From: an uncultured Gammaproteobacteria bacterium
GTDB lineage: Bacteria > Pseudomonadota > Gammaproteobacteria > Steroidobacterales > Steroidobacteraceae
Length of the DNA stretch: 32,000 nucleotides
NCBI GenBank assembly: GCA_963758145.1
Contig: CAVWUK010000003.1
Span: 1-32,000 of the forward strand
Direction: 5' to 3'
Positions 1 to 6,912 of this stretch are shown piece after piece. The position numbers and the translations under genes were made by a program. The notes beneath the pieces are model-generated. The model was not told the origin of the DNA and did no database searches. It worked only from the letters and a program-made list of their open reading frames with translations. Position 1 is the first letter of the stretch. The number at the start of each line of letters is the position of its first letter.

Positions 1-241
1 GAGAACGCCGTGTAAACTGCGAATCTCCCGGCAAGCCTCCCCTTCCTAAAGGAATTTCGATTCAAGGTCAGGATTTGTGCTTAAGCGCGCCGGAGGCGCG
101 CCAGCGAAAGCGATATGCAGGGCGGCATGCCGTCCCGCGTTAGCGGGATGAGCGATCAGCGAACCCGGAGCAGCGCGCTCGCGGTCGGTCCGCGATTCGC
201 CCAGATCCTATGCGAGCATTAAACAGCAACAACCGCTGCCG

Positions 242-388
242 TCAAAGGCCTCTGCGGCGGCCTCCCCCGTCTCTCGTAATTAGAAAGGTGACCCCAAGGA
301 CTGCAAACATACCCTTAAGAAGACCCGCCATGATGCGGCGAAACGCCGGCACAAATACCAGAAGCAATACAACCGTCAGAGTAACCAT
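242..388 (-). CDS. Hypothetical small hydrophobic protein (48 aa)
   Basis: ATG at 388 is preceded by AAGGAGG 6 nt upstream. The product MVTLTVVLLLVFVPAFRRIMAGLLKGMFAVLGVTFLITRDGGGRRRGL has two hydrophobic stretches and a basic tail. No family recognised. Confidence 0.3.
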   Translation of the reverse strand: MVTLTVVLLLVFVPAFRRIMAGLLKGMFAVLGVTFLITRDGGGRRRGL

Positions 389-757
389 GGAGAGCCTCCT
401 TGCGCGAAGACTTGCAAACCAGATAATTGTCAATTACCGCATATGAGTGGGCCGCATCGACGTCGGCGGAGTTAGCGTTGGTCCCGGCGCTTCGGATATG
501 ACCCGGCTGCTCCTAACGCAGCACAGCGTGGCGGGTCGCTCGACTATTCCCAACCGATGAAAAATGGTACTTCTCGATGCACCCCCTTTTAGACACCCCG
601 CGACACTTGAGCCTCAGAATCACGGTCCTCACGGTGAGGACAATAAGCCCAAGTGCATCCGAAATGGTCGCACTGGAGGTATAGTACATGTGCAACCAAA
701 ATGGAGGCAAGCAGAAAATGAGGTTATCTGTGGTGCATCCATATTGGGGGCGCCACA

Positions 758-988
758 TTGAAACAATTGCGAAGTCCAAGACACCGTGCCCTCATCAGCG
801 TCATCGTGGCCGCCCGAAAAGCGGCGGGACTCACGCAGCGGCAACTGGCAGCAAAGCTCAAACGATCGAACTCGTTTGTCTGGAAGCTCGAAGCCGGTGA
901 ACGCCAAGTGAATGTGCTCGAATTCATCGAAATCTCGCGCACGCTGGGAGTAAAGGCATCCAAGTTGATAGCAGAAATCGAGGGATAG
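758..988 (+). CDS. XRE/Cro-C1 family helix-turn-helix transcriptional regulator
   Basis: 76-aa ORF with the HTH signature AAGLTQRQLAAKLKRSNSFVWKLEAGERQVNVLEFIEISRTLGV. TTG start; the exact start is uncertain. Confidence 0.8.
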   Translation: MKQLRSPRHRALISVIVAARKAAGLTQRQLAAKLKRSNSFVWKLEAGERQVNVLEFIEISRTLGVKASKLIAEIEG

Positions 989-996
989 CCAGCTTC

Positions 997-1527
997 GTGA
1001 CATTAACATCCGTGGTTTGTGGAAGAGTACACCACAGACCCGTTCTTAACTGGACACGCGGATTCAGTGACATTATGAAGATGACAGGCCAATATTGCCC
1101 ACGCAGCAGCGTCGGTCGGCAGCCGGATGGTCCGCCAGGGGAAACCGAGGTACTGAGACTGAATCCGGGACGGCGAACCCGAATACTCGATGCCACCGGA
1201 TGGAAAATCTTAGAGCCCGGCTCGTTGAACCTCGCTGTCCACACTCGTAACTTCGAGAACCTGCTGGCGCTGCGGCCGACCATCACTGAGCCAGGGACGA
1301 GTATTCGTTACCCGAGTCCGTTCGAACAAATACCGATCGCTCGCGTTGAATACTATTACTACCGTGCAACGGCTTCGAGTGACGACCAGTCACGACCGGT
1401 CCTCGTTCGGAGGCCGAAGGTTCCCAGCCCGCACGCGCGAGTCGTGGAGCTGTTCGCAGACGTGAAATTGGTTACTGCGTTAAAAATAGATCCAGGCGAT
1501 TTCGTGAGAGTCGAACTTTTGCCGTGA
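997..1527 (+). CDS. DUF120 / archaeal-type (CTP-dependent) riboflavin-kinase-like beta-barrel protein
   Basis: PGSLNL and VLVRRPKVPSPHARVVELFADVKLVTALKIDPGDFVRVEL match the RibK/DUF120 pattern as I recall it from M. jannaschii RibK (PYEGTLNL ... [37 protein letters not shown]). GTG 997 lies 9 nt after the XRE stop. Alternative starts are ATG 1075 and 1081. Confidence 0.45.
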   Translation: MTLTSVVCGRVHHRPVLNWTRGFSDIMKMTGQYCPRSSVGRQPDGPPGETEVLRLNPGRRTRILDATGWKILEPGSLNLAVHTRNFENLLALRPTITEPGTSIRYPSPFEQIPIARVEYYYYRATASSDDQSRPVLVRRPKVPSPHARVVELFADVKLVTALKIDPGDFVRVELLP

Positions 1528-1830
1528 CCGGAGACATGAAAATCGCCGCCGTCATGCTGCAATCCCCAGTCGAGAATAACAACAAGCGCTCGTCCGCGGC
1601 GAGTAACGTGCAATCGACCGCATAGAGCGCATCGCATCACTTTTTGCATTGAACGTAGGTTAAATTCCCGGCCTTTCGGCGTCACGCAAAGGGTAAGTTT
1701 TGCGACGTTGTTTCGAATGTTCGCGATCAATGGTTTGGGCATCGCAAAAGTCCGCCGCGCGCGTCCTTGTTGGGTGCACAGATCGCGGCCGCACAACAGG
1801 ATCACCCGGGCGTTTGGTTTGCGCAGCGGC

Positions 1831-2091
1831 CTACTCAGAAAGTCCGAGGAAACTCCGTTTCTCGGAGGAAAGCGAATTGATATCTAATCCCAAGCCATCA
1901 TGGCCATACAGTCGTCGTAATACGGTCTGGTGCAACCCTTCCAAGGCATTTTCAAGTTCTGCATAGTTAGTACAGCAATCATATGTGTTGAGATAGCCGC
2001 TAATCCGCGACTCTATTGCGCGACCAAGGTCCGCCAATCGAATGTTGCGAGAGAGCAGATTAGTGATGGACCCGAGCTGTAGCAGTTCCAT
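1831..2091 (-). CDS. RT-coupled 86-aa ORF, thumb/X-domain-like (possibly the frameshifted C-terminus of the RT)
   Basis: ATG 2091 lies 2 nt after the RT stop (TAAGAATG), in the -1 frame relative to the RT. This frame stays open upstream into the RT 3' end. LGRAIESRISGYLNTYDCCTNY resembles the GWxNYY-type thumb motif of group II/UG-type RTs. Confidence 0.5.
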   Translation of the reverse strand: MELLQLGSITNLLSRNIRLADLGRAIESRISGYLNTYDCCTNYAELENALEGLHQTVLRRLYGHDGLGLDINSLSSEKRSFLGLSE

Positions 2092-2093
2092 TC

Positions 2094-3041
2094 TTATGGC
2101 GTCCCTCTGCGCTTTAAGAAGTACGAGCTCGTATCGATACCGTTCTTTCGTAGGCCGAGGCCTAAGAACTCGACCACCTCGTCAGGTGGAACGATCACTG
2201 ACTTCGAACCGGGTCCGGTATTTGGAATTGTTAGATTGAGACGGTCCAGCGACTCTTTGCAAAACCCCTCAAAAGCTTCGCACTGTTCCTTCGAATCTGC
2301 GAAGAACAATAAGTCGTCCGCATATCGGACCGCGTGAAAGCCGGCCTTCAGAATCCCGTCGTCAAGAGGTTCCAAAAATAGATTGGCAAAAAATGGTGAT
2401 AGCGGCATTCCTTGGCGTATGCCGAGACCCTCCTTGATTCCCAGGTCTGCGAGACGTTTTTTCTGCGTGCCAACTGGATTTTCGATTTCACAGTTCGCGG
2501 CCTCAATCAGGAGGCGATGCAGTGAGCGATGGCGTATTTCGTGAGCAATGCGGTCATGAAGCAGTCGCCGGTCAACCGTATCAAAGAATGCAGAGATGTC
2601 GGTCTTAAAAGCCCATCCATGCTTTTCACGAAGCCGGCAGGCACGCTCAGCAGCATCGTACACCGTGCGGCCTTTTATAAAGCCGTAGCTAATCTGGTTT
2701 GCGAGTCGCGCCCCATACTTCGCCGTGAGGAAATTCAGAGTCGCTCGTTGAACGATGCGATCGTTTACGGTTGGAACACAGATAGATCGAAATTTTCCGC
2801 TTCTATTCAGGGACCAAATGCGGGCGAAGGCGGCTAAACGTGTAGTCGCTATTAAGAACCTCGCTATGAAATGAATCGAAGGAGAGGTTTCGGGTCTCTG
2901 GCAAACTATTTTGAATATAACTTTCATCGATGCGACTGTGTTTCTTGATTTGGTTCTAAAGAAACGCTTATAGATCTCTTTCCAGGAACCGCCCTCGATC
3001 GCGGAATAACCGGCAACGAAGTTAAGGCCGGTCTTGGCCAT
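2094..3041 (-). CDS. Reverse transcriptase, fingers-palm only (UG/Abi-like, unclassified)
   Basis: RT motifs are present: KFRSICVPTVNDRIVQRA (RT1), YGFIKGRTVYDA (RT2), WAFKTDISAFFDTV (RT3/A), GIRQGMPLSPFFANLFL (RT4/B), VRYADDLLFF (RT5/C, YADD) and VEFLGLGL (RT7). GGGAG lies 5 nt before the ATG. The retron VTG motif and the DGR SQ-type motif 4 are absent, and the ORF ends ~20 aa after RT7. Confidence 0.9.
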   Translation of the reverse strand: MAKTGLNFVAGYSAIEGGSWKEIYKRFFRTKSRNTVASMKVIFKIVCQRPETSPSIHFIARFLIATTRLAAFARIWSLNRSGKFRSICVPTVNDRIVQRATLNFLTAKYGARLANQISYGFIKGRTVYDAAERACRLREKHGWAFKTDISAFFDTVDRRLLHDRIAHEIRHRSLHRLLIEAANCEIENPVGTQKKRLADLGIKEGLGIRQGMPLSPFFANLFLEPLDDGILKAGFHAVRYADDLLFFADSKEQCEAFEGFCKESLDRLNLTIPNTGPGSKSVIVPPDEVVEFLGLGLRKNGIDTSSYFLKRRGTP

Positions 3042-3089
3042 CGTCGCTCCCTGCTCGCAAGTGTCTATCCCCCGGACCTGCGCGATGAT

Positions 3090-3224
3090 GGAGCGCGGAC
3101 GCCTCAGTGCAGCGAGCCTCTTGCGAGGTTAACTTGCACCGGGGGCCGCCCGTGACGCCTAGACGATGGTTCGCCTGGGAATCACTTTGCCGCTTGGTGA
3201 CGTGCAGCGCACTCGCAGCGATGC
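3090..3224. repeat. Direct repeat module R1 (135 nt), RT-proximal copy
   Basis: Aligns to 3475-3610 with one 3-nt substitution block (3186-3188 ttt vs cac) and a 1-nt indel. Flanking sequences are unrelated. Confidence 0.95.
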
Positions 3225-3474
3225 GCGCGCCGACACTCAACGGCCACCGAAGTGCGAATGGGACGCATTAGCATATTGCACTCCCTCAGGCCACCTATAA
3301 ACGCGCTTAGAGCCCAAAAAGTCACGACCCAGCGTCGAAATACTCGGCGGCGATGAAGCTGCGCCCCACCACTTTCCGGCGATGTCCGCGCTTCCGCATC
3401 CCTGCCTTTGGGCTGCCCCACACGCCTGTCACCCGCCTTCCCGACAAACCCGGGGGAAGAAGACGGACCCTTAC

Positions 3475-3610
3475 GGAGCGCGGACGCCTCAGTGCAGCGA
3501 GCCTCTTGCGAGGTTAACTTGCACCGGGGGCCGCCCGTGACGCCTAGACGATGGTTCGCCTGGGAATCACCACGCCGCTTGGTGACGTGCAGCGCAACTC
3601 GCAGCGATGC
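3475..3610. repeat. Direct repeat module R2 (136 nt), RT-distal copy
   Basis: Near-identical to 3090-3224. It carries an intact 6-bp hairpin TCACCA-n7-TGGTGA (3567-3585) that is shortened to 4 bp in R1 (3182-3200). Confidence 0.95.
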
Positions 3611-3866
3611 AAGTTGGAAGCTACGTACGCTGCCGTTATTTGGGCCAGTCAACGTTTTTTCAAGTCTTTGGTGGCGCAGACAGCCAACGGCCAGTACCTC
3701 GTGGTAGTCAAAGCGCCATCAATGCTTGAAGATACCGCAGCAGAGGGTTGTCGACCGAGCGCCAATAAATGGCAAGACTTAATCGCAGGAAGAGCCCAAA
3801 GGCGTTTTCGGAAGACCTGATTCCGCCTGCAATTCGCGTGCTATTGGCTGCGGACTTGGTCACGGC

Positions 3867-5122
3867 ATGATGTCGTGTCGCCTTGAGCGCGAGCTTAAGA
3901 AGCTGTCGCCAGAGCTGGTCTCCCAGGCGGAATGGACAGTCGACAACTTTCGTTACCCAAGTTCTCCAGGATCGAGCGAATCGTGCGCTGACCGCGGTTG
4001 TATCAGGCGGCCTAAATCCATTTGCAATCCGCGGCGCGTGCCAGAGCCCCGCTTGCCGCGCGCAATCCGCGGAAAGAGTTGCGCGCACGATCGGTCTTTA
4101 TGCCGATGTTGTTATGGTGCCGGACATTGTGACGCGAATTCTCGCCATCGGTTGGAGGGGTAGCGAAGTACGATTACGCTTGGTTGGTCAACCAGTGGAT
4201 CGTGGTTCGGCTGCTTGCGCCGATGATCAGAAGCCGGTGTCATTCGGTTTTGGTCCGGGGCATTGCCGATTTGTCTGAAGTGCGCAGATGAATTGGTCGA
4301 AGTCATTGAGGACGCGCGCCGCCGAGATGCTTGGCCGTAGAAAAATTCAGGTCGAACATCACGAACGGTCGTCTGGTCATGGACATGACGAAGCTCTTCG
4401 GTAGCTCGTTAGTATTCTCGAAGGCACTTACCCGGACTGAAAAGAAGAAGCTCAACAATGGCACCACGCCAGCGAAATTGGTTCGATCCCGTCTACATGG
4501 AGCAGGCCGCGCTCTCGGTCAAGTCAGCATTGTTGGATCTCCGGTTTGCCGGCGACGCCGGAGCCGCTCTATTTACTACGGATCGCCAACAATTGATTGC
4601 GCTAAATGCCTTTGATTCCAAGGCACCTGCACTGAATCGTATCGCTGCATGGGAGGAGCCCCGATCGATTCAGCTCCCGTGGTTAGACAATCTCTCTGTG
4701 GCACAGGTGCTCGCGCTGCAGGGAAGAAGCGGCCAGCGCCCTCCCCGCCTTTCGCGCTTCATTCGTGCAGGAAGTCGTTCGTTCGAACGGAACGGCTCGG
4801 CCAATCGCCGACGCAATCGACAAGCTGCGGGCGGAGGCGGCTGACGTTCGAGCGTGAGCTCTCGGCGGCAGCAAGTGGACCGGAACGTGTGTTCAGGGCT
4901 ACATACGGGTTGCTTGGGATGGGCGTAGCGGTCTACGGCATCGCATCCGGGCAAGCTGCGGCGGCCGCTGCGGGATTGCTCTCGGTCCTTGGTTTGCTTC
5001 ACGAAAGCGGCAAGAAAAACCACCAGGCATTAGCAAAGGCAAAATCTCACCCGGCGTACGTTCTTGTTAAAGCGAAAGAACTTGCTGAGCACGCGCGTCA
5101 TCGCAAAGGTAGCGTGCCTTAA
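3867..5122 (+). pseudogene. Multiply frameshifted remnant of a ~400-aa protein with a hydrophobic C-terminal segment
   Basis: Protein-like sequence can only be followed by hopping frames (frames named by coordinate mod 3). Frame 0 from 3867: MMSCRLERELKKLSPELVSQAEWTVDN. Frame 1 to ~4225: RVARTIGLYADVVMVPDIVTRILAIGW. Frame 0 to ~4345: CLKCADELVEVIEDARAAEMLG. Frame 2 to ~4460: VEKFRSNITNGRLVMDMTKLFGSSLVF. Frame 0 to ~4722: WFDPVYMEQAALSVKSALLDLRF..LPWLDNLSVAQVLAL. Frame 1 to ~4850: EEAASALPAFRASFVQEVV..AIDKLRAEAADV. Frame 2 to 5122: ELSAAASGPERVFRATYGLLGMGVAVYGIASGQAAAAAAGLLSVLGLL. Family not recognised. Confidence 0.45.
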
Positions 5123-5181
5123 ATTCTCGTTCCCCTATTTTTACTCTTGATAACCTATTTTATCGGGAGTAAAAAGGGCGC

Positions 5182-6149
5182 ATGAGCAACACGCCGGTCC
5201 CCGTCCCGAAGTCCCCCCAAGGCCGCCTCCTGACGGCCGCCGCCTTCCAGGGACTCGCCGACGTGCCGCCCGAAATGGAGTGGTTCGCGAACCTCGGCAA
5301 CCCAGCCACCCGCCGCGCGTACCAGACGGCCCTGCAGGACTTCATGCGCTTCACCGGCATCAACGCGCCCAGAGGAGTTCCGGATCGTCACGCGGGCCCA
5401 TGTCATCGCCTGGCGCGACGAGCTCGGCCGCCGTGCGCTGTCGGCCACGACCATCCGCCACCGCCTGTCGGCGCTCGCATCCCTATTCGAGTACTTATGC
5501 GAGAAGAATGCCGTGACCCATAACCCCGTCAAGGGCGTGAAGCGGCCGGTGCCGGAGACCACCGAAGGCAAGACCCCAGCGCTCGGCGATCACCAGGCCC
5601 GGAAGCTGCTCGACGCGCCGGCCGGCGACACACTCAAAGCCAAGCGCGACCGGGCAATCTTGGCGACGCTGCTGTATCACGCGCTTCGCCGGGACGAGCT
5701 CTGCAAGCTGAAGGTCAAAGACTACGCCCAAGAGCGGCGCGGCGCGCCCCATTTAAAAGTGTCGGGCAAAGGCGGCAAGACCCGCTATGTGCCGCTGCAC
5801 CCGGCCGCGAGCGGCCTGATTACCGATTACCTCGAGGCGGCCGGCCACGGCGGCGCCGAGACGAGCCCCCTCTTCCGCCCTCTCCACAACAGCCGCGACC
5901 ATGCGTCCGGCCAGGCCATCACGCCGGACGGGGTTTATCGGATGGTGCGGGAATACTCGGCGCAGCTTGGTGTTCGAGATCGGCGCGCATTCGCTGCGCG
6001 CGACGGCTGCTACCAATGCGCTCGACCACCAGGCCGATATCGCCAAGGTCCAGGAGTGGCTGGGCCATGCGAATATTTCGACAACGCGAATTTACGATCA
6101 TCGCAAAACCCGGCCAGAGGATAGCCCGACGTTTAAGGTGGCGTATTAA
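5182..6149 (+). pseudogene. Tyrosine recombinase/phage-type integrase, two frameshifts
   Basis: Three frame pieces join into one integrase: ..AYQTALQDFMRFTGINAP / EEFRIVTRAHVIAWRDEL..KVSGKGGKTRYVPLHP..VREYSAQLG / EIGAHSLRATAATNALDHQADIAKVQEWLGHANISTTRIYDHRK. The R..HxxR..Y catalytic region is recognisable. Shifts lie near 5365-5375 and 5965-5975. Confidence 0.8.
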
Positions 6150-6167
6150 CTGGCATCAGCGGCTCAT

Positions 6168-6842
6168 ATGAAGCACCGCCGGTTCAAATATTTTACCAAG
6201 CTTCAATACGCTGAGGCATTTCTGGATGGAAATGTGCTTTGCCGAACTGCCTCATTTTTCCGAGATTATGAGGATGCGCATGCTCGACAGATAATTGGGG
6301 ACGAATATGAAGGTACGCGCCTATATCGTCCGTTAAACGGTTTAGAGATAAATAGTCTTACGCGTGGCCAGTCGTTAACGCTCAACGCGGGGATGGAATG
6401 CCTAACAAAGGCGCATGAAATCTATATTTTTTGCATGAGCCGTGCGTGTACCGACATTCTAAAGAAGGAATTCAACGCTGTTGCGTGTGCGGAGATTATA
6501 GACCCGCGTGAGTTCATCGGTCGTTGGCGTAATGCGCTTCCTGAAGAAGCCAAACAAAAGGGAAAGCACGTTGCTCGCAAGGTAGGTTACTACAAACCGG
6601 AGGATTTGCCAGGCAACGTGTGGGCCTTGCCTGATTTGATTACTACGACAAAGCTGAAGCACTTTCAATATCAAGAGGAGTATCGACTGGCCTATACGAC
6701 AACGGACGCATTTGCTTTTGAAAACTGCGTGTATCAAATCGTTGACCGCAAAGTGCGGCCATCACCGAAGCCGAATGAGCATCTCTGTCAAACACTAGAG
6801 TTAGGCGATCTCCGTGACATTTGCCGAATCCACACAGTTTAG
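6168..6842 (+). CDS. Hypothetical protein, DUF2971-like layout
   Basis: Intact 224-aa ORF in an AT-rich segment. FKYFTKLQYAEAFLDGNVLCRTASFFRDYED, IFCMS and KHFQYQEEYRL are reminiscent of DUF2971 motifs. This assignment is from memory only. Confidence 0.55.
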   Translation: MKHRRFKYFTKLQYAEAFLDGNVLCRTASFFRDYEDAHARQIIGDEYEGTRLYRPLNGLEINSLTRGQSLTLNAGMECLTKAHEIYIFCMSRACTDILKKEFNAVACAEIIDPREFIGRWRNALPEEAKQKGKHVARKVGYYKPEDLPGNVWALPDLITTTKLKHFQYQEEYRLAYTTTDAFAFENCVYQIVDRKVRPSPKPNEHLCQTLELGDLRDICRIHTV

Positions 6843-6912
6843 ATTTCTGTGGCCGCGGATGTAGCACCCTACTAGGGATGCACCTGAATCGCTTTACAGC
6901 GGCGATCGCCCC

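Larger units (their letters stand above)
3042..3660 (-). ncRNA. Candidate RT-associated structured leader/ncRNA containing two copies of a 135-nt module
   Basis: This is ~0.6 kb without a credible CDS, directly upstream of and co-oriented with the RT. It holds duplicated modules with RT-sense hairpins, including CCUC-GCAA-GAGG (GNRA tetraloop). Transcript ends and promoter were not identified. Confidence 0.4.

Noticed and set aside
85-139. GC-rich palindromes GCGCGCC-gga-GGCGCGC (85-101) and an imperfect 22-bp palindrome (118-139)
   Set aside because: These could be a terminator or a REP-like element. With no adjacent gene end in the window and no U-tract, I cannot assign a function.
210-1009. 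Several 60-126-aa ORFs on both strands (210-446, 513-779, 564-761, 629-1009, 688-900, 724-963)
   Set aside because: They overlap one another, have no motifs, and several overlap the XRE gene. Only the SD-supported short version (242-388) was retained, at low confidence.
1359-1805. 148-aa minus-strand ORF downstream of the RT operon, possibly a third operon gene starting at MPKPL (1742)
   Set aside because: It overlaps the 3' 170 nt of the better-supported DUF120 gene on the opposite strand, and that overlapping part looks like antisense low-complexity sequence. No motif was recognised. It cannot be excluded that the 1530-1805 part is a remnant of a real gene.
3100-3112. 13-nt identity (cgcctcagtgcag) between the RT modules (3100-3112, 3485-3497) and the clpB tandem repeat (29522-29534)
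   Set aside because: The match is short and GC-rich and is plausible by chance in a 32-kb GC-rich window. Similarity decays immediately outside the 13-mer.
2094-3610. Classifying the RT locus as a diversity-generating retroelement (R1 as TR, R2 as VR)
   Set aside because: RT motif 4 is QGxxxSP-type, not the DGR-type motif with SQ. No target ORF ends in R2 and no avd-sized gene lies between the copies. Only one 3-nt block differs while many adenines are identical, and there is an indel. The adenine-specific difference is kept as a separate low-weight observation.
3022-3652. Minus-strand ORFs of 72 and 156 aa (3022-3240, 3182-3652) and the plus-strand 99-aa ORF (3408-3707) covering the RT leader
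   Set aside because: They are Arg/Gly/Pro-rich GC-type ORFs with no protein-like pattern. Their shared peptide simply reflects the duplicated module. The frame changes between the two module copies, which argues against selection for coding.
2094-3660. Classifying the RT locus as a retron (msr-msd upstream of the RT)
   Set aside because: The RT lacks the retron VTG region and has an FLG-type motif 7. I found no convincing a1/a2 inverted repeats bracketing the leader, only an 8-bp UCCCCCGG/CCGGGGGA complementarity that could be chance.
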